A stretch of DNA of 64,000 nucleotides from the human T2T-CHM13v2.0 reference genome, Homo sapiens, in NCBI RefSeq assembly GCF_009914755.1, contig NC_060928.1. The stretch is one strand, 5' to 3'. Both the position numbers and the translations under genes were made by a program. Each line of letters begins with the position of its first letter. The stretch's first letter is position 1. This document shows, piece by piece, positions 38,291-53,369 of the stretch. Below the pieces are notes generated by a model that worked only from the letters and a program-made list of their open reading frames with translations, was not told the origin of the DNA and searched no databases.

Positions 38291-38658
38291 TGTCAGGTTC
38301 TAACTGAGGTCCGAGGGGAGTGGGTGGGTGAGTGGCAGGTAGCTGGAAAAACACTCAAGGAATCGTAGACAGTTTTCACATGGCTTTACTCTCTCTCTGG
38401 GTGCAAGCAAGCCTGTGCATGAGCTGTGGGCATGAGTGAGCCATATGTACAGCGTTGCCGGGGTAATTATACCTTTTCCAGATAATAGTGGCTCTGAGCC
38501 AAGCAGGAACTCATGTGGGTGATCACCTAATGGGCCTAATGTGGCGTGGTTACATAATCTGTGGAGTTGTGCACCTGCGCTCTAAACCCACTGAGTCATG
38601 CTGTGGTGGAAGGCTGCCTTGGCCTACTCCTGACTAAAGTGCAGTTGTTTCCCTTACA
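38291..38658 (-). mobile_element. LTR18-family LTR (5' LTR)
   Basis: Minus strand TGTAAGGGAAAC...TTTAGTCAGGAGTAGGCCAAGGCAGCC...CTCGGACCTCAGTTAGAACCTGACA; AP-1 motif 38592-38598; AGTAAA poly-A signal. Confidence 0.88.
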
Positions 38659-39567
38659 CCCCTTTTCTTTGATTTCTGCTTCACCAACCTGCCCTTGGAA
38701 GCAGAAAATGTAAAACATCCTTGATTATGAATGAACATAAAAATAACATTAGGCTTCAGGTAATTATTTATAAGTTTTTATACATGGTGGAGGTATGGAC
38801 TTTGGCTAGAATCTTACTCTGCCTGTATATTTAATTTGCTATTTTTCATCATGATTTTTGTGGAATTTTTTTTTGCAGTCATCATATACATATAATTTGA
38901 AAAATGTCTAAATCTTATAATGGTAGAAAATAGGATGAGTTTCTACCACAAAAGTCATAATTTGACACTAATATTTGAGACTTTATTATATATAAGGACA
39001 ATTACATAAACACATGTGTAAAATTTATTCAATTTAAGCTTTGTAATCTTCATTTTACACAAAGGGTTACAGTAGTTTAAAAAAGTGAAACGAGTTGCCC
39101 ATATTTACACAGCTATAAAGACAAAGCTCATCCTCTTTCTATTGTATAATATTTCCTTCAGTCTTTCCCACATCTTAAAATATACCTACTACACTTTATC
39201 ATATGTATGCTGTCTTAATAATTCCCTATGACCATTTATTAAATAACAGAGCAGTTTGGTTAAAAATTCCACTCTTTCTACTACAACACAATTGGCCCTA
39301 TCTGATATCAACCTCATATAGATTTTATCCCAATGAGTATTCTGTCTTCAGTCTAAGCGTCAACCTAAAGAAAATACTAACATTTATTTAATAATTTTGC
39401 ACTGAAAAAATCAAAACCTGAAGAAAATGTGCTGTTATGAGGTAATTAAAAATATTAACCCTTGAATTTTTAAAATTATTATAAACATTTCCATACTCTT
39501 CAGAAGACTACTCAAAAGAAAAAATTGTGCTTGACTTTGTATGTGCAAAAAAGTTACATAATACTCT

Positions 39568-39902
39568 TGTTATGGACCCAATTGTGTCTACTTCCAAATT
39601 TATATGTTGAAGTCCTGATTGCCAGTAATTAGAATATGAATGCATTTAGAGACAGAGTTTTTAAAGAAGTAAATAAATTAAAAGAAGTTGTTAGGGTGGG
39701 TCCTAATCCAATATGACTGATATCCTTATAAGAAGAGGAGTTTAGGACACAGACACATATACAGAAGACACAGAAAGAAGAAGCCTATCTATATAAGCCA
39801 AAGAGATAACCCTCAGAAAAACCAACTCGACTAAAACCTTGATCTTGGGATCTATCCTCCAGAATTGTGAGAACATAAGTATCTTTTGTTTCAGCTACCT
39901 AA
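39568..39902 (+). mobile_element. MaLR LTR (MLT1A/B-like)
   Basis: TGTTATGGACCCAATTGTGTC...AGGGTGGGTCCTAATCCAATATGACTGATATCCTTATAAGAAGAGGA...CCTCCAGAATTGTGAGAA. Confidence 0.85.
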
Positions 39903-40054
39903 CATTTGCTCAACTCAACTTACCTCTCATCTTTTATGTACCAAAACAAAACACCTGAATTCAAAGAACACACTAGTATGGCTATTTAATTTTGATAAGT
40001 AACACCACCTGATTTTTTGGAACCCAAATTAATTACCTTGGAATAGACTAGGCC

Positions 40055-40213
40055 AGTATGTCATCTGTTTATGAGCTCATCTATATCAAGTAGACTCTTG
40101 CTAGAAATGCAGAATCTCAATTCTCATCCCAGGCATAATGAATCAGAATCTAGATTTTAAAAAATTCCAGAGTTATTTATATTTATACGAAAATTTAGGA
40201 ATCCTTGCTCTAG
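40055..40213. mobile_element. MER5A-like hAT-Charlie relic
   Basis: CTTGCTAGAAATGCAGAATCTC...AATGAATCAGAATCTAGATTTTAAAAAATTCCAG. Confidence 0.7.
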
Positions 40214-41329
40214 GCTGGGTTAATGCTGACTTTGCAGACTCATGGATTACAAAACACTGTAACCCAGTTGAACTGTTATGGATATGCTTACTTGATGGAG
40301 GTAACTAATATTATTTTTGTTATTAGTACTAAGAGTTTTAGGAGATTCATTTGTGATTATATCTGCCTTATAGTTTAGTTACCTGGTACTGCAGTGGGAA
40401 TCAAGAGAACAGAGAATCTCAAAACCACAGAGCCTATTCCCAAAGAACCTATGTGAGCACATGACTCTGTCCATGATTTATATCTGGGTGGCCATTAAAA
40501 TTATTATTCTACCAGAGATACTTTTAAAAGTGAAAATAGGGCTGTATGCTACTTGAATAGGATGCTGGGTGAACAGATGCAAACTGTAACTCAATGACAA
40601 ATCAGCTCCTATGGACACACTCGACACATTCAAATTATGGCCATTGAAAGACATGTGGATATCTCCAGATATAGGTGACCAGATGGATTATTGTTGGAGA
40701 GGAATATCAGAAGCCTGAAAGACTTAGGAATTTCATAAGAATGGGTCATTAATTTACCAGCTTATGTCTTCTCTTATAATACCTAACTTGATAACAATGA
40801 GACTCTACAACTTTTGTATATTCTTTATGCTATGTTATTGCTATTTTAAAGTACTTACATCCTATGCAAGGCTTATTATGGAGGTGTATTGAGAGTCATA
40901 ACTAGTTGATATATTCATTTTGTATATATCAATAAAGAAGGCTGTAATTTTTCAAATAAATTTTCTGGAACATAAATGTCTTCATTTTCCTATTTGAAGA
41001 TCAGTAGCTCTTTTTCTGCCATTACAAGTGAGTGGAAGGTTGTAATAATAATTAAACTGTATATTAGAAAGTCAGATAATGATTGACTGTTCTTGAATAT
41101 AAAGTAGAAATTACTGCTCTGAGATATAATAAAGTACTGATGACATCAATAGCAATAAAGAAGAATACATCCAATTTTACAGGCTGTGGTTGTCTGTAGC
41201 ACAATCAGTCCTGTGGATGTGGTTTTGGGCACAGCTCTTGGTTGTTTAATGAACATCCATCTTTTTTCCTTTTTCTGATTATGCAAAGTTCAGTTATATT
41301 TGGGTTGAAAATGTGCTCAGCCAAAAATA

Positions 41330-41935
41330 AAATAAAAAAGCAAACAACCAAAAAGACAAAAAATATTTTTCTCAGCCTCCTTAAAAATGGTGGTTTTAAA
41401 ATCAACCACATTTGACCAAAGTATATGGAGCAGTTACTGAGAGGGCCTTCCAATGAATTGTATCAAGGCAGTCACTCAGCTGCCGTGTGCCTTTTGCCTT
41501 CCTTCCCAATCTCCTTCTTTCTAACTAGAATTAGGCATAGTTCTAACCAACAGAATGTGAGCCCAGATGAGGCATGCCACATCTGTGTCTAAAGCTGAAG
41601 ATGACAAGTCTAAGAAGAAAGATCCCATCCTCTGGGTCACCCGTTGAGTGAGAGTCATCCAAAAATCTCATATTATTGTTCTGATAAATGATACTTTTAC
41701 TTGTATCATATTTCAGCCATGATCTATTTTTTGCCATCCTGCTACAGCGGCTAACAGAACCTTTAGGAAACGCGCTAAGAATGGGACAGCAGAAAGAGAA
41801 ACTTCGGTTTCTTATGATATTATAAAGCCATCACACCTTCGAGGAAAAATATATATATAGCCTAATTTGTTCAAATAATGTTTTTTCTGCTCTCTGCAAC
41901 TCACAGCTAACAGAAATTTCTATCTAATAAAGTCT
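41330..41935 (+). mobile_element. Old MaLR LTR fragment(s) (MLT1J/K-like)
   Basis: ATTTTTCTCAGCCTCCTT..., CTTTTGCCTTCCTTCCC..., GTTTTTTCTGCTCTCTGCAACTCACAGCT. Confidence 0.5.
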
Positions 41936-43782
41936 ATACACTAATAATAAAGCAGTCAAATAAAAATTGTCCTATAACGATTGGCTTCTTTCTATGTATT
42001 TACTATGGTCTTCTTGAAAATAGAAAGCAACAATATTTCTATATAGGAAGTGACTAATCACTAAAAATTTGTTTGAAACTTCAGTTGTTTAGATGTATTT
42101 TTTGAAAGGAACAAATTTAATGCATATAGACCTGCCACAAGTATGTATTTTTTATTTTATTTATTTACTTAATCTATGCAACCTGTATTTCGGTTCTCTA
42201 AGAGATTAAAAAAGCAAAGCAGCCCCAAAGTATATTAAACAAATATACTTTGTTTAATATACAAAGCAGCCCCAAAGTATATAAAACAAAGCAGTAAAGT
42301 ATATTAATATTTTTATATATCTGGCTGTATTTCCCTTTAAATAAATAGATAATCCAAAATCAAAAGCAGTAAAAAGAGATGTATTTCTAAATGCATGGAA
42401 AAGCCCAATTTTAATGTATTATGCTTTATCCAGTCTCCCCACCTCCCACTCACAGTAAGAAACCTGATTTATTTGAACCACCAAGAGGTACAGGGTTTGG
42501 GTAACTATTTTTTGTTCTGTGTATTAGATTTGAGGGTGAAAACTTTGGAACAACCCAAAACGCAAATTTTTCTTAGCTTTCCATCTCTCCATAACCTTTT
42601 ACTTACGTGCAGAAGTGAGTTTTTGGAGTGTTAACACTGCTTCAGATGGATATCTCAATAAAATTAAAACTAACATAAAAGTAAACCAAGTGGTAAAAGG
42701 AATATTGACTTTCTCTTTATTGCAGATTTAACAATATGAAAGATAGTAAAATATAATTTTATGTTAGCTAATAATAAAAATACGTGTTCTACAACATTGT
42801 ATATTTATGGCATACTTTCCATTTCTGTATTTAATTTCTGAATGTGAGAACCAATAACACGTTTTCTTCATTAGTTGTGTATTTCCTGGTGAAAGTAACA
42901 TTTATACATCATTGAAATATTAGCAACTTCTTTTTGCAAATCATTACCTGTAACCAAGCACATACATATATATAAATACATTGTAATCACTAAATAAGAA
43001 ACTGAGATAAAATCCAGTTCTAGAAATGGTCAGCTATGTTCATAAAGTCTATGTTTAGATATACAGTCAAAGCACAGGCTAATGATCTTATCTACATTTC
43101 TAAAGAAGGTAATAGTTTCTTATGTTTTTACTTAACTTGTATTAGATAATCCATTTTGTGTATGGTTTTCTCTTAGCTATTACTCTGAGGTTGTTTCTTT
43201 TTGGTTGAAGGGGAAGACATATTTTTCCACACTTTCTTGATTATTTGGTTTTTCCTCCAGTTAAACTACATCATATATATAAAAAACATTATTATTGAAG
43301 TGAACTACAATTTTAACATTTAATATGGAGAACTGCTCTCAGTTAAAGATCAGTTAGCTCTTCCTAGAAAGTATTGATCTTTCGTTTAACCTTATCAAAG
43401 CAATTTAGGCTTAAGAAGAGGAAACAGGCTTATAAAACAAAGATTTTGATAGTACCATAAACTCTGTGTACTGCATATTTTAAAATTTGAAGTGCAATTT
43501 AAGAACTGTTGCCCTAGGTTTATAATAAATACAATTAAAGATGTAATTATGAAGAAAAAAACTCATGTTTTTACTTCTATGTATGTAATTTGGCTCTATT
43601 ACTCACACTGTTTGCTGTACATCATCTGTCATAATCCAAATAACTTTGGTTTTAAACAATAGTAAATATTAGATTTTTAAATATTATTTTCCTGTTTGTC
43701 AATTTTATTTTAATAAAAGGCTATATTTCTAAGAAGTAAGGGTCAGTCTTTAATCAAATGAACACATAAATATTTGTCATTC

Positions 43783-43956
43783 TTTTTTAAATTTATTTTT
43801 ATTTATTTATTTATTTTTTATTATTATACTTTAAGTCCTGAGATACATGTGTAGAACGTGCAGGTTTGTTACATAGGTAGGTATACATGTGCCGTGGTGG
43901 TTTGCTGCACGCATCAACCCGTCATCTACATTAGGTATTTCTCTTAATGCTATCCA
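43783..43956 (-). mobile_element. L1PA extreme 3' fragment
   Basis: TTATTATACTTTAAGTCCTGAGATACATGTGTAGAACGTGCAGGTTTGTTACATAGGT...AATGCTATCC. Confidence 0.92.
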
Positions 43957-43987
43957 TGTTTGCTCAGTGGCTTTAATAGGAGACCAT

Positions 43988-44312
43988 GGCTGGGTGCCAA
44001 GGCTCATGTCTACATGTCTATAATCCGAGAATTGTGGGAGGCCTAACCAGGGGGATTGCTTAAGCCTGTGAGTTCAAGGCCAGCCTGAGAAACATAGCAA
44101 GACCCAATCTCTACAAAAATAAAAAATTAATTGGGCATGTTGATATGCACCTGTAGCTCCATCTACACAGGAGGGGGAGGTAGGATGATCACTTGAGCCC
44201 AGGATTTTGAAGTTGCAGTGAGCTATGATTGCACCACTGTGTCCCAGCCTGGGTGACAGAGTGAGATCCTATCTTAAAAAAAAAAAAAAAAAGAGAGAAA
44301 AAGAAAAAAATA
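43988..44312 (+). mobile_element. Alu SINE (AluJ-like)
   Basis: Diverged dimer, GCAGTGAGCTATGATTGCACCACTG; TSD GAGACCATG (43980-43988 / 44314-44322). Confidence 0.92.
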
Positions 44313-44691
44313 AGAGACCATGCTTTAGAAATAGTTCATTAACCAGTGACTTTATTAGCAGCCTCCACAGTTGTTGCCAAAGAGAAGGTTCCACAGTCCC
44401 TATCAATTTATCAATATGTGGAGTTTCTTTGATGGGTAGTTAAGGAAACCCATCCATGTTATAATTAAACTACCTAGTACCTCCCTCTTCTCTATTAAAC
44501 AAAATCAATATCTATTTTCAAGAAATGTCTTAAAATTAATTTGTGCCAAAATGTGATTATTGGTTTACATATTTGTTAAAGATCTAAAGAAGCTGGGTGT
44601 CATTTCATTTGACTTTGACTGAAATTAGAGGCCATATGAATTAAAAGTAGTGTCAGTTGCTAACCTGTACTCGAGTGATAAGTGAATTTAT

Positions 44692-44709
44692 CAGCTAGAG
44701 TACAGTGTT

Positions 44710-44752
<43 letters not shown>

Positions 44753-44769
44753 CCAGCTAGAGTACAGTG

Positions 44770-44815
<46 letters not shown>
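44692..44815. repeat. Tandem duplication of [CAGCTAGAGTACAGTGTTCA + (TA)n]
   Basis: Identical 20-mers at 44692-44711 and 44754-44773, each followed by ~20 TA units. Confidence 0.95.
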
Positions 44816-44831
<16 letters not shown>

Positions 44832-45118
44832 CTTGTTAGAAGGAGTCTTGCTCTGTCGCCCAGACTGGAGTGCAGTGGTGTGATTTCGGCTCATTGCAAC
44901 CTCCACCTCCAGGTTCAAACAATTCTTGTGCCTCAGCCTCCGAATTAGCTGGGATTACAGAGGCACACAACCATGCCCAACTAATTTTTGTGTTTTTTGC
45001 ATTTACAGGGTTTCATCATTTTTGGCCATGCTGGCCTTGAACACCTAACCTCAAATGATCCACCTGCCTTGGCCTCCTGAAGTTCTGGGAGTTATAGGCA
45101 TGAGTCACCATGCCTGGC
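44816..45118 (-). mobile_element. Alu SINE (AluS-like)
   Basis: Poly-T, GGAGTCTTGCTCTGTCGCCCAGACTGGAGTGCAGTGG...GAGTCACCATGCCTGGC. Confidence 0.93.
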
Positions 45119-45384
45119 ACCACATAAAATTATTTTGTCATTAACATTACATTTTAAAATACAAACGCTGTTTTCCATATTACTCAGGTCAGATCTTTTA
45201 CCCCACTTCTCTCAGTGAGATTGCATTATTTATTTCCATCTCTATAATCTACTGTTCATCCATCTATCTATCCATCCCTCAATTTAGTTTTTTCGCTACA
45301 TTCTGCATTTGATTCTTTTGAGGTTGTATGCTTGTGTTTGTGCGTGGAAGTGGGGGTGTGTGTGTGTGTGTGTGTTCAAAAAGG

Positions 45385-47640
<2,256 letters not shown>

Positions 47641-47644
47641 TTAA

Positions 47645-47927
<283 letters not shown>

Positions 47928-47944
47928 TATTTCTTTAAGATTTT

Positions 47945-48225
47945 TAAGTCAGCTTTATTGAATTATAATTTAATAGTTTACATTGAACGCTTTGAAGTAT
48001 ACAATGAAATAATTTTGTATTATACATATACAGTTATGCAATCATCACCTTAGATTATTTTTGGAACACTTTGTCACCCCAAAATGAAATGCCATGCCCT
48101 TTAGCAGTCATCTTCTATTCCCCAATTCCTAGGTAACCACTAAGCTCCTTTCCATCTCTGTAGATTTTTCTATTATGGATATTTCATATAAATAGAATCA
48201 TACATTACATATTTTTTGTGACTGT
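47945..48225 (-). mobile_element. L1MB-like 3' end fragment
   Basis: CAGCTTTATTGAATTATAATTT...CCTAGGTAACCACTAAG...GGATATTTCATATAAATAGAATCATACA. Confidence 0.75.
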
Positions 48226-48279
48226 ACTGTATTGTATGTATTGGATACACATGACACACATACATACACATTTATAACA

Positions 48280-48805
48280 CCACACACCTAGAGTTTAAAA
48301 TGACCTAAATTTCAATCTCACAGCTTCTATTGGTCACAGCTTAATTAGGTTCTGTGCTCAGGATCTCGCTGTGCTGTAATAGAGGTGTTGGCCAGGATGC
48401 ATTCTCATCTTTAGACTTGCCTAAGGAAGATTCCACTTTCAAGATTCTTCAGGTTGTTCATAAAATTCCTTTCCTTGTATAACTTTCTTATTTGATTTGA
48501 AGCCAGTAATGGAGAGAAGAGAAGGAGAGAGATAATGCATTGCTTCTGCTCTCTTGCTTCTGATCCTCTTTACAGGGCTCACTTGATTAGAATAGACTCA
48601 CCTCAAATAATCTAATTTTAATTACCATGAAGTCAACTGAAGAGGGACCATAATCTCATCTCTGAAATTCCTTCAATCTGAGATATTCTATTGGCTAGAT
48701 GCAAGTTGCAGGTCCTGCCCACAATCAAGAATAGTTATTGAACAAACATTTGTATACCAGGGGACAGCAATCATGGAGGCCAGGTTAGAATTGTGGTTAC
48801 CATAT
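48280..48805 (-). mobile_element. MaLR LTR (MLT1 family)
   Basis: ATCTCACAGCTTCTATTGGTCA...GGCTCACTTGATTAG...ATTCTATTGGCTAGATGCAAGTTGCAGGTCCTGCCCACAATCAAG. Confidence 0.75.
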
Positions 48806-48984
48806 GCATCTAAATTTACATATAGCTTATCTGAGAAATATTTTCTCTTTTATCTCATGCTTTGCTTAGCCACAATCAACAGACCAGGAGTGTGCACTCA
48901 CAAGCTTTCCCACCATTACATCTTTCTTTGAGAACGCACTAGAGATTTCATTGCAAAACAGGTTTTAGGTATATGTGTCCTAGA

Positions 48985-49745
48985 CAATAGTCAGCTGTTA
49001 AATGTTTAATAACTATTTCCTGAAACAAACAAACAAACATGTCTATGCATATTATAACTTCTACTGATATAAAGATTACGCAACACATAATTTACAAATA
49101 TTAACAAAATATACAATACCCTTTATTACAGATTTTACATATCCAACTGAGGCTCACAAAATTCTTTTACATTTATGTACAGGTTAATGAGTAAGACAAA
49201 AGTAGAATAACAAAGACATATGCTCACATTTTACTCATTTATCAAGTACATCAGTGCTTCTTTGCTGAATTGAATCATACTTTTTGAATACTACAATCAT
49301 ATTATCTCTCTTGCTCTCCTCTTTTATTTATTCTTTTTGCTATTCACAATTCACGTGATAGAACCATTACTTTTGTAAATCTAAAGAATAAACAAAGCAA
49401 TAACTCAAACTCTGATAGGTAGTACTTGCTCATTTCCACAGTGTAAATACTAGCATGGCTTATTTCAAGCAATCAAAATGTTATCACTGAATGTGAAGTT
49501 GAAAGACAAGTTCAGTAGTACATTACTATAAAGTAGTTTTTGCTATACAAATAAAATAGATATACATAATCTCAAAAATACAGATAATAAAATTTAATAA
49601 AATAATTAGGAAGTTTATGTCTTGAATAATTTGTACCTCCGTTTGTATATATAATTTAATTATTAAATTTATATAACTAAATTTTAGATAATCCTTATTA
49701 AAAAAAAACTTCTAGGTAGCCTTCTGAAATTTAAATGATTACCTT
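48985..49745. mobile_element. hAT-Blackjack DNA transposon relic (MER63C/D-like)
   Basis: TAAATGTTTAATAAC..., TACTGATATAAAG...ACACATAATTTACAAATA, TTCTTTGCTGAATTG, GTGTAAATACT, AAAATAATTAGGAAGT match recalled MER63 consensus. Confidence 0.72.
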
Positions 49746-49827
49746 TGCTCCCTTATTCTTTTCCCACCAAACAAAAACAAGTCTTACAGAATTAATTGTC
49801 AGTGAAGATGCACATGCTTGTGCCTGA

Positions 49828-50348
49828 TTCTCTCTCCTTCCTTCTTTTCTTTCCTTCCTTCCTTCCTTCGTCCCTCCGCCCTTCCCTCCCTCCCTTCCTC
49901 CCTCCCTCCTTCCCTCCCTCCCTCCCTTCCTTCCTTCCTTCATTCTTTCCCTTCCTTCTTTGCTTCCTTCCTTCCTTTTCTCCCTTCCTTCCTCCCTTCC
50001 TTCCTTATATCCTTCCTTCCTTTCTTCCTTTCCTCCCTCTCTCCCTTCCTTCTTTCCTTCCTTCTTTCCTTCCTTCCTTCCTTCTCTCCCTTCCTTCTTC
50101 GCTTCCTTCCTTCCTTATATTCTTCCTTCCTTTCTTCCTTCCCTCCCCCTCTCCCTTCCTTCTTCCCTTCTTCCCTTTCTTCCTTCCTTCCTCATATCCT
50201 TCCTTCCTTTCCTTTCCTCCCTCTCTTCCTTCCTTCTTTCCTTCCTTCCTTTATTCCTCCCTCCCTCCCTTCCTTCCTCCCTTTCTTTCTTCCTCCCTTC
50301 CTTTTTTCCTTCCTTCCCCTTCTCTGTTTCTTTCTTTTTTCTCTTTTT
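49828..50348. repeat. ~520-bp polypyrimidine/polypurine tract, (CCTT)n/(CCCT)n mosaic
   Basis: Almost only C/T on + strand. Confidence 0.97.
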
Positions 50349-53300
50349 TTGTGTGTGCAATGAACTTCCCTATAGTATGCACATGATTCACCTCCCAATA
50401 TTATGTATCAAGTAAATAAAATTTTTATTATGAGGCAGTTTGTTACTATAATGTTACAAACTTACAACTAGAACTTTTAAAAACTATACTGACTTCTGTT
50501 ATTAACTACTTATCTCACTTTAGATTATACCAAATATTTCGTATGAATAATGAATTAATTCTGGCTGTGTAAAGGGCATCACTTCTTTTTAATATAAAGC
50601 TAACATTGCCTGATGATACATCAAAATAAATATTCACATGAATTAACTCAAATGAATTCTCAAGTCTCTCATTTAGTTAACCTGCTTTTAATTACCATGA
50701 AGTCAACTGAAGAGTGACCATAATCATATCTCTGAATAGAGCTTAGTTGAGCAATCCACTTTGGCTAAATGCATCCTGGAATTCTTGGTACCAATGTACA
50801 GGACATCAAATAACCTCAATTAGAGATCATTGTGAAGTGGAAGAGAAAAGAAAGGGAGATAAAAAGAAAAGGACATCTGCATTGACCAGCAACAGTGTTC
50901 CTAACAATGCAAGTTGCTTATTAATTTAAGGTTGGATAACAGAAAAGCCTAATATTAAAACGCATAACAGATCTTTGTATTAGAGGACATTATCTTCTAG
51001 AATTGTGTTAGATATAATGGTTTGTCAAAGTAGAAAGCCAAATGGGCAAAGTATAATATTATTTCACTTTCGTACTAGTATGTTGTATGAATTTATTTTT
51101 TTTTATTTATTTTGGCATAAGGAAACTTATGAAACGCTAGACGCTTTGAATACTTCTGTATCAAACAAGTATGGTACTTACTTATTTTATCTCCAAAAGG
51201 AACACTGGGGTCTATCTCAGATTTAAATGTGCCAACTTGAGTTTTGCAAAAAAGATAAATTCATTTTAAGAGTATTGCAAACGTTCAGTCATACTGACTA
51301 AAGCATAATGGCCTCAATGAAGTGTTCAGAAGATTTGGAATTTTGTTTTGTGACTCCTTGCTTCAAATATAAGCAAACTGATAGACCAAACTCACAATAT
51401 ATCTGAAATAAATTATATGTCGAGCATATGTATTTGTGTATTTTCATATTAACACTTTTAAAGGAAAGCCTTGAGCATGGCTACATTTTGAATTATTTAA
51501 ACTAATAATATGTTCTTTTCAATTTGTTACAACATGAGATAGCTTAAATAAGCTCAAAAAACATCTACATAGATTATCTGATTGTCTCAATACTTGTCCC
51601 TTTAAATCTTGTCTTCATTAAATATATGGCCTTTCTTCTGAGCATTGTCTTATCACTAGGAAGGTTTATTTGTCAAATATTCAAGATTATATGACCTTCT
51701 CCTGCAACCTTTTACATAAAGGGTCAACAAATTCTTTCCCTTTCATTTCATTTCAGTCAGTGCTGCTTTCTTTTTCAAAAAAATTTCCACTTTTGTAAGA
51801 GATAGAGCCAAATAAAAGATTATTTTTATACATTTATCTACTTAGGTAGAAAAGACACCTGAACATTAAGGATTAAGATACAACTTTTCTAGATATATTT
51901 CAGCTATCAAAAAAGTATCCAGAAACTAGTCAGCTAAATTTATTTAAATAGACATATTGATATTACATTCTTGGGCACTTGGCTTAAAAAAATCTATCAG
52001 GAATTTGAATTAAAAGAAATACTACTAATTTTACTTAAACTGCTATGCTTGTGAATATTACATGTCTGGATGATTTATTCTGTTTTGCATGAAGCCTTTA
52101 AAGACTATGGCTAATGTGTAGCAGAAAACAAAATGATATGGTATTTCTCATCTCAAAGCAAAGGAAAAGATGCACTTACAGGACGAATACCTCAGTTGGT
52201 TCTGTTAAGAAAATAGTATGTATTTTTTAAAGATAGACTGCTATTAGGGTCTGCTGTGTCAATAAAATACTCCTTGCTATATATTTACCCGGTGGCTTTT
52301 AGTGAATTCAGAGAGAATCTTAACATTATGCTCCATCAGGTCAATTACAGGGTTGGGGTAGGGTAAATGATACTACTATTTGCATCATAAACTGTCTTTC
52401 ATCTTTTCTACTGCTTCAAACCTGCACCTGTGTGTAAAGCTGCAGAAAAAGAAGAGCAGTGAGAACCTATGTTTTAGAAATATTACAGTAAATTACAATG
52501 ACAGGATGGGGTTAAAAACAGCAAGATTTTAGGTTATGAAATACATTACACTACCAGTTATCAATTTATGTTTGTTTCTGCTTAATTTCCCTTTACTAGG
52601 GATGTATGCAGAATATGTAGTAAGAGATACAAAAACAGGTGCTCCAAACTGTGATAAAATTAAGTCATTGCAAAATAAACTGGGTCCAAAAAAGTTTCAT
52701 CTCCAGGCAGATGAGCAGAATAAACCACTGAACCAACTGTAATGCATTTCTCAATCTGAGATGTGTTCTACAAGACAAAGCTTCTATTCCTGATAAGACA
52801 CTGACAATCTGTTGCTCAAAATGTTTCTAACTCTAACAGCCTTTTTAAATACCAGATGTTTACTAAAACAGAGACTCCATGTATACTCTGTGTAAAAAGG
52901 GTGCGTTCACACATAACAAATCTCATTCTTATTCATGGTTCATAATATTCTTAATTGTATCAACTTCAAAAAATATTACATTACTAAAAAAATCATTAAT
53001 CCTTTTACAAAGTACTTCCATTACCTTTTGATATGTGTAAGTTAAATTTGTGTATTGTATATGTATATATGTATGCATATGTATGTATTTCAGATTACAT
53101 ATATATTTGTATATATTGTAAAAGTTAAGAATGTTGTAATTTTTCTAATGCATTAATTTTAAATGCATTAATAATAAAATTACTTCAAAAATAAAACTTT
53201 CTTTTATATATGTGTTAAAGTTTATATATATATAAACTGTACAGGAACTGTGTACAGTTCATATATATAAATATATATACAGTTTATATAAACATAAGTA

Positions 53301-53369
53301 TAAACATATATACAGCATATATATATATATGTGTGTGTGTGTGTGTATAGATATAAACTGTACACAGTT

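Larger units (their letters stand above)
36705..38658 (-). mobile_element. Truncated HERV-S / HERVL18 provirus (5' LTR18 - PBS - gag - start of pro)
   Basis: LTR 38291-38658, Ser PBS, disrupted gag, protease ALVDTGADCSL; breaks off near 36705. Confidence 0.88.

Noticed and set aside
49731-50415. ORFs of 68-196 aa rich in P/S/F/L or E/G/R/K
   Set aside because: Artefacts of the stop-free (CCTT)n tract; open in several frames on both strands
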